NCBI GenBank assembly: GCA_002256025.1
Contig: NKIB01013142.1
Coordinates: 1-63,796 of the forward strand
DNA length: 63,796 nucleotides
Origin: Asterionella formosa
Lineage: Eukaryota
Direction of reading: 5' to 3'
The first letter of the stretch is position 1; each line of letters begins with the position of its first letter. Shown piece by piece: positions 37,924 through 48,300 of the stretch. The translations under genes were made by a program, and so were the position numbers. Below the pieces are notes generated by a model. That model searched no databases, was not told the DNA's origin, and saw only the letters and a list, made by a program, of their open reading frames with translations.

Positions 37924-38775
37924 ATGCTTCTACGATTTGCTGGTTCTACCGCTACCAGTACTCGTTGCGCCTTAGTCGTATACGAACGACCTGTTCGAGC
38001 ATTTAGTAATGTCGTACAGCGACTTGCTGGAGTCCAAATGCATCCAGATGGCCACGGCAAGGACATTCTTCCTGGAGGGGACCATGTGTTGAAGTTTGAT
38101 AAGAGCAGTGGACAGAACAGAAGGGTCCTCCTTGAGCGCTCGCTCGGAAGTTTTTGGATGATGAAGGATCTACAGGTTGTCGATAGCAAGCCCATTCTAG
38201 CATCCACCATTGATGAAGAGCACTCCATAGTAATGCCAACCTTGGACGGAGTTACCGTGCTCTCGACTGTGGACAAGGTCTCCATTCCGCACTACTTGTT
38301 GAGAAACAATCGGACCAAAGACCCCAATTCGCAATGTACGATTTTGGGGATTAGTTTCAAAGAATTCGGGTATCAGTTGGTGGAATCTTGGCTGGGTGAC
38401 GTCGAACAAACTTATGTGGCAAATCCAAGAGTCGAAGTCGCCCGATTGACCATTACGGAAGGTACACTCATCAAGAGCTTGCTTTCGGGGATCATGACTC
38501 GCTCCTTGAAAAATAATACACCAGTAGAGCGGCAGGACCGCACATTGGTTCATTTTGGCACTGAAGCTTATTTCAAGGACTTTATGAGAATGCACAATAC
38601 CTTGACGGGATATATTTACGTCTTGGATGGAATTGGACGTGTACGATGGGTAGGGTCTGGAAAGGCAAGTTCAGAAGAGCTCGATGAAATCAAAAGATGT
38701 GTCAAAAATATTTTGCCCGCTGAAAAGTCAATGCGACTATCATCAAAACCAAAGGATCGCGAAATTAGAAGATAA
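37924..38775 (+). CDS. ATP10: Mitochondrial ATP synthase assembly factor ATP10, 283 aa
   Basis: R/S/T-rich mitochondrial presequence; C-terminal MHNTLTGYIYVLDGIGRVRWVGSGKAS is typical of ATP10. Confidence 0.88.
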   Translation: MLLRFAGSTATSTRCALVVYERPVRAFSNVVQRLAGVQMHPDGHGKDILPGGDHVLKFDKSSGQNRRVLLERSLGSFWMMKDLQVVDSKPILASTIDEEHSIVMPTLDGVTVLSTVDKVSIPHYLLRNNRTKDPNSQCTILGISFKEFGYQLVESWLGDVEQTYVANPRVEVARLTITEGTLIKSLLSGIMTRSLKNNTPVERQDRTLVHFGTEAYFKDFMRMHNTLTGYIYVLDGIGRVRWVGSGKASSEELDEIKRCVKNILPAEKSMRLSSKPKDREIRR

Positions 38776-39044
38776 AAGCACGAATTACTAATAAGCCAAA
38801 ATCTGGATATCATCAGGCAGAATAATTATTAAAATGGGGTGGTTTTAAGAAATATGCAGTTCAGCTCATCATTCCTCACATAGGTTTTATGAATGTGAAG
38901 TGAACTACCAGTACTAAAGCTAGTTTTTAATTGAAAGCAGCTATAAGGTGATTTGCCCTGATTCCCTTTTCTAGCACTCGACCGATTGTACGGTATCATT
39001 TTGCAAAGACATTCATCTCCAAGAATTATGAAAATGCAGCTCCG

Positions 39045-40289
39045 CTATTCATCATCATCATCATTTTCCTTTGTATTGTTAGTAATAGCAGTAGTAGTAG
39101 CTTTACTGACTCTCCAATACGAAGCCAGCATACTTCCTAAGCAAGAGTGCACCGTGGCACTCAATGCTCCTGGAAGACTTGCTATTGCCGGAGCTCCCAA
39201 TGACCGAGCCAATACGACAGCCAATGCTGAATTCTGCATTCCTGTTTCGATAGAAATGGTTCGACTTGTTTGTTCACTGAATCCTAGTACCTTTTTGGGT
39301 ACCAAGTACCCTGCTAAAAATCCAATGGAGTGCAACAGTACAACAGATCCCACTACCATGGGCAACATTGTCGATCCAACCATAGTGGCAGCATTTTGAG
39401 CCACAACTCCACCACAAATTAATGCCACCAAGAGTACGGATGAGAATGGAGTAAAACGCGACAAATATTTGGAAACCCTAGGTAATTTGGCGTTAAGAAT
39501 CATTCCAAGAAGGACTGGCATCAAGACCACACGTGCCGTTGCGTGACATAGGGCCCATCCATTGATATGGACTGTGGATCCTACCAACATTTGTACCAAT
39601 AAGGGCGTCATGATACTGGCCAAAATGGTAGAGCATGCCGTTAACAAGACCGACAGAGCAACATTGGCTCCTGCAATTAAGGAGACAAGATTGGAAGCAG
39701 TCCCTCCAGGTGCACAACCTACTAGGATCAATCCTAAAAACAAGGGCGGACCGAGAAGTGGGTCGGCCCGAAGCAAGAATTTGCTCCCCACCAAATACGC
39801 TGCCAATGGCATGATCCCAAACTGGCACACAACCCCTGCTGGGACGGAAGTGAATTGTTCGGCCAAGACTTGTTGAAAATCCCGTTTTTCCAAAGTCATA
39901 CCAGTTCCCATCATGACAGCTGATAGCATGAAAGAAATGAAGCTCCCCTGGTTAACCCACGTCAATGCTGATGGAGCGACCATTGCAAGAATGGCCGATC
40001 CCAAAACAAAGAGCGGAAACGCATTGGTCAGTGTCAGCAATACCTCGTCGAGCGGGTTGCTCTCCGACGATGACACGGCATGAAACAAGGCGCCAGATTT
40101 CCGGGAAGACGATGCCAAGGAAGTAGGATGGTTCCAAGGAGGCTGTTTGATAGTTCCTGAATGAGTCGTTCCAGCAATTACTGACTTAATCTTGAGGTTG
40201 TGATGGTGGATCCTGATGGCAAAGAACGAGTCCGCAATTCGCAGCAGTGTTGCCAGGAGTAGCGCAATGGCTATCGATGCAGATTTCAT
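39045..40289 (-). CDS. BASS: Plastid bile acid:sodium symporter family transporter (BASS1/BASS2-like), 414 aa
   Basis: Signal peptide ..IADS|FF plus transit segment. Motifs MGTGMTL, QFGIMP, LVGCAPGGTASN, NVALSV and RTISIETGMQNSALAVVLA. Confidence 0.93.
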   Translation of the reverse strand: MKSASIAIALLLATLLRIADSFFAIRIHHHNLKIKSVIAGTTHSGTIKQPPWNHPTSLASSSRKSGALFHAVSSSESNPLDEVLLTLTNAFPLFVLGSAILAMVAPSALTWVNQGSFISFMLSAVMMGTGMTLEKRDFQQVLAEQFTSVPAGVVCQFGIMPLAAYLVGSKFLLRADPLLGPPLFLGLILVGCAPGGTASNLVSLIAGANVALSVLLTACSTILASIMTPLLVQMLVGSTVHINGWALCHATARVVLMPVLLGMILNAKLPRVSKYLSRFTPFSSVLLVALICGGVVAQNAATMVGSTMLPMVVGSVVLLHSIGFLAGYLVPKKVLGFSEQTSRTISIETGMQNSALAVVLARSLGAPAIASLPGALSATVHSCLGSMLASYWRVSKATTTAITNNTKENDDDDE

Positions 40290-40461
40290 GCCTTTGGCTT
40301 GCTTGCTCCTGACCTTGGAATATCTATTCTGTATCTGCCTGGTCTGTTCGCCTCGAATGATGAATTAAACAAAGGCGGATGTTGGAGGCAACAACAAGGA
40401 CTGAAAATAGAAAATAGCATAGCTGAGAAACATCAATTTTTGAAGCAAGTTGACATCTACC

Positions 40462-40665
40462 ATACCGGTACCAGTTGCCAGTAGACTCCGGGAGCTATGA
40501 CGAGGAAGGGCATTTTCACACCGGTATATCACCCTACCGGTACGAGGTATATACCAGGTACCAGAGGTACTCGGAGTACGCACAGTACACGAGGTATCCA
40601 TTACGTATCATTCACGACAGCAGCAGGTGACGAAAATGTTTTTCATACTACCTGGTACCGGTATC
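40462..40665. repeat. TACCGGTA / TACC(A/T)GGTA motif cluster in the divergent BASS/nucleotidase spacer
   Basis: ATACCGGTACCAG, TACCGGTACGAGGTATATACCAGGTACCAGAGGTAC and CTACCTGGTACCGGTA. Confidence 0.8.
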
Positions 40666-40916
40666 AGTATCAGTATCATCCTCATCAGCCATCATCCTAT
40701 TGATAAAAATCAGATATTTTTATTTAAAAAATATATTCCGGTATATATATATAAAATGTATAAAATAAAAAAGAAAGAAGAACGTAAAAAAGTCGTTCCG
40801 ATTTGCTTCCGTTCTGTTGCTTCTATTTGACAAAACGAGTGATCTTCCCCATAGTAGAATATGGTCATTACCGATAGAGCTATACATCAACTCTCCTCCC
40901 CTCCCGCTCAATACCC

Positions 40917-42635
40917 ATGCCGCCCTCTTCATTGGCGCGCATACGATTGGTATCCATCAATGATGTGTACTCGCTTTCGAACTATGCCCGTCTCTCCACC
41001 ATGTTGTCTCAATTGTCCCCCGCGCCACAAGCTGTGACTCTGTGCGGTGACTTCATTTCTCCGTCGCCCCTATCATCTATTGATAGTGGTGTGGGCAACA
41101 TTGCCACCATTCGGGCGTCCGGAGTGACACATGCCTGTCTAGGAAACCATGAAGCTGATATGAAACTTGACGTGTTGCAAGAACGATTCCGGAAACTTGC
41201 CAAGCAAGTGCAATTGGTCAACAGCAACGTTCGGACGATCCCACCATCCAAAGCTAGCAATTTGCAATGGTGGAATGACAGGATGCCGGAATATTCGATT
41301 CTTCAAAGTGATTGTAAACGAGTTTCGATTGCCTTGATTGGACTATTGACGGATGAACCTGGTGTCTTTAGGAACGGAACCTTTCGAGGCCTGGAAATTA
41401 GCAATGTCATGAACACGTACAGAAAATTGTACAAATCACTCGTCGATACTGCCAGCACTCGTCAAGTTGATATGCTTCTGCCATTGACACACATGTCTAT
41501 TGAACGTGATAGAGAACTTGCCGTGTGCATGTTGGAGCTGGCCCCCAACGACAAGAATGTTATACTTGGTGGTCACGACCATGCAGTCATAGAAGAGACT
41601 GTCCTTTCAAAAGACGCCGACGGAGACATTTCTATTTTAAAATCCGGTATGGATGCCATATCGGCCAGAATCATTGACTTGGAATTTGATTGCTCAATGG
41701 TAACAGCGACAAGAACAACGCCGTACAAGCTTTTGAGAGTGGAACAAACCCTCATTCCCTTGAACCAGTACGATCCCGCTCCAGCCGTACAAACCATTAT
41801 TGATTCTCACATGTCTGTACTAAAGAATCTAAAAGAACAAGTGATTATTGATGCGAGTCGCGTGCTCCCACCAGGAAAGGTGCTAAGTAGCGAACACTCG
41901 CGACGACAACAAACAACGGTGGGGGCTACCTTTTGTCAGTCCATCAAAGATGAGTTGGACGTGCAAGTTTGTATCATGAACGGAGCGGTTATCAAGGGGT
42001 CATCCTCCTATCCCAGTGCCAAATTAACGTATGCGCAGCTCCAAGAAGAATTACCCTTTCCTACCAAAATGGTTACCGTAGAAATGACACGACGCCAACT
42101 GCTCGACGCCATTCAGTACTCTCGCACGTACGATCAAGACGGAAACAAAACAGATGGTGACAAACGAGGGTATTTGCAAACAGATTTGGACTATGAATTG
42201 AACCCTCAACAGGATGCACAAGATAATGAGATTTTGCAAGTTGCACTTCCGAGAAATCTCTTATCTGGATTTTGCAACATTATTCCCTTGATGACTCTGA
42301 AGAAGGAGTTGGAGACTGCTGGCAAGGCCTCCCATGCCGATGATTTTACTCCTGCGATTGATTTGGTGATTCGACATGCTTGTAGACAGAAATGGTTTGA
42401 CCTTGTCTATGATGAGATATCCTTTGACGAAATTGACATGAATCACGATGGCTATTTGGATAAGTCCGAAATTAAGGTCTTCTTGGAAAAATATTTAAAG
42501 AACGAGGTTCCAGATTTTGTTGTTGATGATATGATGAGTTCTATTGACGCCGACAAAAATGGCTTGATTGATGTGGGAGAGTTTAGCTATCTTTTGGCGA
42601 AAATGGAGCGAGAACTTCAGTGGAAGAAGTTTTGA
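40917..42635 (+). CDS. 5'-nucleotidase/apyrase-family metallophosphoesterase with two C-terminal EF-hands, 572 aa
   Basis: INDVY, CGDFISP, LGNHE, LTH and GGHDH; 5'-nucleotidase C-domain NGAVIKG..ELPFP; EF-hands DMNHDGYLDKSE and DADKNGLIDVGE. No signal peptide. Confidence 0.9.
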   Translation: MPPSSLARIRLVSINDVYSLSNYARLSTMLSQLSPAPQAVTLCGDFISPSPLSSIDSGVGNIATIRASGVTHACLGNHEADMKLDVLQERFRKLAKQVQLVNSNVRTIPPSKASNLQWWNDRMPEYSILQSDCKRVSIALIGLLTDEPGVFRNGTFRGLEISNVMNTYRKLYKSLVDTASTRQVDMLLPLTHMSIERDRELAVCMLELAPNDKNVILGGHDHAVIEETVLSKDADGDISILKSGMDAISARIIDLEFDCSMVTATRTTPYKLLRVEQTLIPLNQYDPAPAVQTIIDSHMSVLKNLKEQVIIDASRVLPPGKVLSSEHSRRQQTTVGATFCQSIKDELDVQVCIMNGAVIKGSSSYPSAKLTYAQLQEELPFPTKMVTVEMTRRQLLDAIQYSRTYDQDGNKTDGDKRGYLQTDLDYELNPQQDAQDNEILQVALPRNLLSGFCNIIPLMTLKKELETAGKASHADDFTPAIDLVIRHACRQKWFDLVYDEISFDEIDMNHDGYLDKSEIKVFLEKYLKNEVPDFVVDDMMSSIDADKNGLIDVGEFSYLLAKMERELQWKKF

Positions 42636-42981
42636 TGGAGAGTTACATGCTCTGACTACTCCACATGTTGTGAATTTTTTGCTTTGGGTGTGATATTTGT
42701 AAAAATAGCGTCGATGGTCTATGACAGTTTTAAGTTTCCTTTTGCCATCATCTACAGTCTTGTGTAGCTAAATGGATTAGGATCAATTGCCCTTCCTTTC
42801 TCTGTGTTCCGTCAAACTGGACTCAAGTAGTGGAATGTTTCAGACATCGGAGATCGCCGTGTGCACACTGATAAAAAAACCCAAAAACGATGCTGATCGA
42901 TGCCGAGGCAAACTCGTGACCCTAAAATCCCTCCGTCCACATCTCAGTCAAGTTATTATGTTTTCTCTAGCATTAGCATAT

Positions 42982-44169
42982 CTAAACTTCAATATTCTCA
43001 CACTCCAACTTCTTATCGAATCGCTTCAAAATTCCTGCTGTGACTTTTCCAGGTCCCAATTCGTACGCTTTTTCCAAGCCACCAGCAATAATGCTTTCCA
43101 TAGTTTTTTCCCACATGACAGGAGACGTGACTTGGGTCGCTAACAATTTTTTGATCACTTCTGGATCACTATGTGGCCTAGCATCGACGTTCGAAATAAC
43201 TGGAATACGAGGTTTCTTGAATGTAATACCTTCCAAGACTTTTTCCAGTTTCTCCACGGCTGGCTTCATGAAGTCAGTATGAAACGCCCCAGCAACCGCG
43301 AGCTTCACAGTCATACGTGCCTTGAACTCTGGCTTGGCCAATTCTACAACAGCGTCGCAAGCTGATGTTGCTCCCGAGACAGCATAGTTGCCCGTGCACA
43401 AATAATTCGCAATTTCCACTTTGGCTCCCGATTTCTCACTTGCCATGAGACACAGCTCTTTGACAGTATCCGAATCGAGTCCAATTACACTAACCATGCC
43501 TGAATCAACAGCATCACTCGCAGCTTGCATGGCTTCCCCCCGGGCCTTGGTAATCTTGACTCCATCCTTAAAGTCAAGTGCACCCGCATAGCACAGGGCA
43601 CTGTATTCTCCCAAGGAGAGCCCCATGGCCACCGTTGGCAAGACGTGGGGAGATGTGGCTTTGAGCTGCTCGACGGCTGCCATGCTGGCGACGAAAATTG
43701 CCGGCTGTGACACGGCCGTCGTGTCTAGGACTTCCTTTGGACCGTTTGTGCACTTGTCCAAGAGGTCATATCCTAAAATTTCTGAAGCTTCATCAAAAAG
43801 CGCCTTGGCTGCGGGTAGATTGGCACATACTTCGGCACACATACCGACAAATTGCGCGCCTTGGCCTGGGAACATGAAGGCAATCTTTGTAGGCACGATG
43901 AAAAGAGTTTGATAGAAAGTAGATTAGTGACTGCACATGCGATATAATATACAATACAAGTCGCCCGGAACAGAGTGGAGTGGAATGCCGGTAGAATTCA
44001 CTTTCTTAGGCCTCACCTGGCTTGAGAAATCAGCAAACTCATCATCACTGACAGATTCCGAACGTCGCGTTGACGACGGAGCAAATGCCCGCTTGCTCAG
44101 TAGACGAGAAGGAGGAGAAAAGGCTCGCACCGACGAGGCAGATAGAAGAAGAGCGAGCATAAGCTTCAT
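42982..44169 (-). CDS. fabD: Plastid malonyl-CoA:ACP transacylase, 351 aa, 2 exons
   Basis: Exons 44169-44017 and 43884-42982. Bipartite peptide MKLMLALLLSASSVRA|FSP. Motifs FPGQGAQ, SQPAIF, GLSLGEY, RGEAMQ, LAVAGAFH and ELGPG. Confidence 0.96.
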
Positions 44170-44764
44170 GGCTTGTATACGTTGTACGGTATTATATGGA
44201 ATTGTGGGAGGTCAAAGAAGCGTAACAACGAGTGATAGATCTACAAATGTGTATATATATTATGTATGCTGAATGCTGGTTGCCATTGTGAGAAAAAAAA
44301 TCATCGTCGCCTTTGAAGTCAACATCACTTTTGGAGGCTGACGTACGTATATTTAGTAATGTATGTACCGGTAGCTCTATGTACCGGTCAAGCAATGTGT
44401 ATGTTCTACATTACTTGTACGGTATAATAATCATACAGTCCTTGAGTCAGGAGGTACGGTACCATGGGATACCTAACTCGTGATTGAATGAATGCATCTC
44501 AATAAAATGCCACATGAGTTTATCACTGTCTTAAATAGGGTGCCAAATACTCCCTGGAAACATTCTATCACTTAAATACAACCATTCCAATGACTTTGTT
44601 ACAAATATTAAACCCAAATGCATCATGGTGATGAATGAACCAGCAAAAATGCAGGAAATTGACATACATGCCAGGAATTTACTATCTGGTGGAGATAGTA
44701 GCAGTATCGTAAACCTTAATCAAACAAATAGAGTAACTGATGATGTCTTGACATGATCCCAACT

Positions 44765-44854
44765 GTCAAAAATCCATCCATTTCAGGCACCAGAGTCCTA
44801 GCTACTAAGGTCAAAAATCCATCCATTTCAGGCACCAGAGTCCTAGCTACTAAG
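44765..44854. repeat. Perfect 45-bp tandem duplication
   Basis: GTCAAAAATCCATCCATTTCAGGCACCAGAGTCCTAGCTACTAAG x2. Confidence 0.95.
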
Positions 44855-45309
44855 AACCACAACAGTAATTGAAGAACACACAGGAAATACAACTCCTTCC
44901 CACAATGCTACTAAAGACTGGAACCAACAGCAAAAGTTGAATGAAATGAATCTAACACTCAAAAAGTAGCAGTTGGAGCACCAGTACTGGTAGGTGAACA
45001 CTTCACATCCTTCCTGGGTGAGGAATCAGGGATCACAATTAATTCAACTGCTTTACTCTATTTTGTTGGAGATTCCTGCTAATATTTGGTAATTAATCTA
45101 ATGATGCACGCATAAATATATATAAATACATACCGGAAGACCTATGTATAATAAAATAACGATCTGTTCCGACCTGAACACAACCTTCATCATCAAGAAG
45201 AAAAATTATCACATTCATAGAGCGAAAAGAAACAAAAACAAATGTTCAGGCTTCAACAAAGTGTCCATCAACTGACCAATCCCGACGCACACATTACTAC
45301 TCGTTGAGA

Positions 45310-48300
45310 ATGACAGATGCTCCAGTCTTCTTCGGAGACACGGGGACGGCGCGAGCCACTTCGTATCAATCGCCCCTCCAGGAAATATTGACGGATCTCA
45401 AGCGCAAGCATGTCGTGGCGGCAGCAGCCACTGGCAGCATGTCCTTCTGGGACTCGACCGACGCATGGAACTTACAACACAACGCTTGTAGCTGTGGTAC
45501 AACACCAAATATTGCTGTGGTGTGTTCCATTTGTGGAAGACGCAGCAATAGCAAGTCGTCTCATCGAACAGAGCGCCTCAGGGAACGAGAAGATGTTAGC
45601 AACCAACCGCCGCAACATGCACAAGCGTTGTTGCGTCGCACGCCGCATTTGCGACATGTTTCGAATGCATCCATTGATATGCAAGCGACACATAAGGGAA
45701 TATTGAACTTTATGCGCACAGATTCGTCGCAGCCACTAAATCTCGTAGATTACAGGACTTGTGTTGTTCGCGAACAAGCCAACCAACAAGCTGCCAGGGA
45801 ATTGGCGTCCTTTCTCTGGGTCCTGGCACATGAAATGTCACTCGACTCTTTCAGTCAAGTAGAATCTGCTGTATTTACTAAAATATTCCAGTTGGTGCAT
45901 TCGACACACACACGAATGGCGGGAGTGGCAGCCTTGGACGCCCTTATTGAAGCGCCCTCGGGCGACGAAGAGCAAAAGGCAATCAAGTTCGCAAACAATT
46001 TATCCAGCGGACTCCGAGCCAGCCAGGGAGATTACGAATTTTGGTCCAGTGTTAGCTGTGCACTTGGTCATATGGCCATGCGAGCAACCAATGTGGACTT
46101 TGTGGAATCTGAAATTGTGCGAGCCTTGGAGTGGATGAGGACTGATCGAAGTGATAGGAGGTTGGCGGCGACATTGACATTGAAGGAATTGGCAATTCAC
46201 GCGCCAACTGCCTTTTATAGCAAGACGAGTCAAGTAACGGGATCCAATGAATTTTTGGATCATATCTTTGCCGTTTTGAGTGATGTGCAGCCTATTGTAC
46301 GGGCATGTGCAGCAGACGCGCTCTCGCAATGTCTAAAAATTCTGGTTGATCGACACCAAACCTCCTTGACAGCTCTCCTTTGTCAAGTTTACTTTGGGAT
46401 GATGGAGGGGCTAGACCAAAGCATAGAACACACAGTGAAAAAGCAATCTCAAACGCAAATCATTAATGCAGAAGCCCGCTATCATGGATCATTGTTGGTG
46501 GTGGCCTCCATGTTGGAATATACTAGGGATTTTATGTTGCCTCGATATGATGAGGTTTGTGAATCCATACTTAAATTTACAAATCATCCCAAGGCATTAA
46601 TTAGATTGGAAGTAATTCGGCTCGTTCCTCGATTGGCCCGACGATTTCCAAGAGTGTTTGGTCGAAGGTACCTAGAGACCGCTCTCGTTTTCTTGATTCA
46701 CTCTGCTTCGAATCCAACACCTCCTCGAGTTGGGGTGGATATTCGCCCATCAGCATTTTGCGCGATTGGACATCTAATTTTGGCAATGAACTCGGAGAAG
46801 GAATTGATTGGAGGATCACCATCGCCCACTGTCACGATTATGAACCAACCAGATGTGCTTAACAAATCAAACTTGTTAATTCAAGTCTCGAAAACGGGGA
46901 TTATTTATAAAAAGTGCGGTGAGCTTTTTGAACTTGTGAAAGGAGCACTCAGACCTGGAAAACTTGGAACATCTAGTTCTGATATTCGTCGAACGGCCTT
47001 GCATTGCGCTGCAGATCTGGTGGAAGCTCTGGGGCCATTGGCAGATCCATATCTAAAAGAGCTAATAAATGATATGTTCACATCAGGACTCAGCGATGAT
47101 CTTATCAGTTGCTTGCAAGCAATTGCTACATCAGTCCCCTCCCAGCAGAGTGGTATCGAAGACAGACTCTTACAAGAAGTATCCCTTTGCCTTGCAGGGA
47201 CTCCAAATGCTGCTGATATATGTAATCCCTTGTCAGGGTATCATGTCACTGAAAGTTCGCTGTCAATGTCGGGTCGCCTGGAGACAATAGCAAAAGTCGT
47301 CCTTAGTCTACAAACACTTGGTTCGTTCGGAGATAGCGACGGAATGGTTGCCATCGAAGGAATTCGGCTCCCAATCCTCCTATTTGTACGTAAGGTTGCC
47401 GCGCATTACTTGCAGCACCCCTCAAGTCAGGTCCGCCGAGCTGCTGCCCTGACTTGTTGTAAGCTACTAATCCCGGTGCGCTTACCACCGATCGCTGATG
47501 GTGTGCCGCATGATGTTCAGCATGCTGCCATGAAACGTCGTCTCGGAATTCATTCTGGTCGCGTTGTGGAAGAAGTGCTTACCAAACTCATACAAGTTTC
47601 CGTGTCGGACCCTTCGCCGGTGGTTAGGCTGTGTGTGGTACGCGCTCTGGACGAACGCTATGACTACTTTTTGTGTCAAGCCCATCACCTTCAAGCAGTT
47701 TTCTTTATTCTTCAAGATGAAGCCTTGGCAACAAGAGCTGCTGGTCTCCAATTGTTGGGGAGACTCACAAGATTGAATCCAGCTCCGATTTTGCCTTTTA
47801 TGCGACAGTATTTAAAAGACCTTATCATTGAACTCAGGTACGGTGGTGACCATGGTCGAGTGCGGGAAGAAGCGACGCGTTTGCTAGTGGTGTATTTGAG
47901 AGCTGAGCCTTTCCGTCGATTGGTTCAGCCTGTTTTGCCTGCACTCGTTGATGCACTTCCCCTCGAGGGCGTTGCCCCGCGCCTAGCCTCAGTTGCACTT
48001 GAAGCACTTGGCGAGCTTGCTCGTGCATCACAGGCTTCTTTGAAGCCTTGGGTCAAGCTGATAGTTCCACATATATTAGAGACTATGCAAGACCAAAGCA
48101 GCGCGAGCAAACAGCGAACTAGTTTGCGAACGCTTGGGCAAATATCAGGGTCGACTGGATACGTAATAAAGCCGTATTTTGACTACCCCCAGCTTCTGTC
48201 GCAAGCGACCGATGTCCTGCCTGGCACAAAAAGGGCTCCATGGGCTTTGCGACGAGAAGTTATAAGAACTCTTGGAATTGTGGGTGCCTTGGATCCTGAC

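Noticed and set aside
43610..43626. FabD GLSLG instead of GHSLG as a defect
   Set aside because: GLSLG is a known variant in plant/algal plastid MCAT, and the catalytic Ser, Arg and His are intact.
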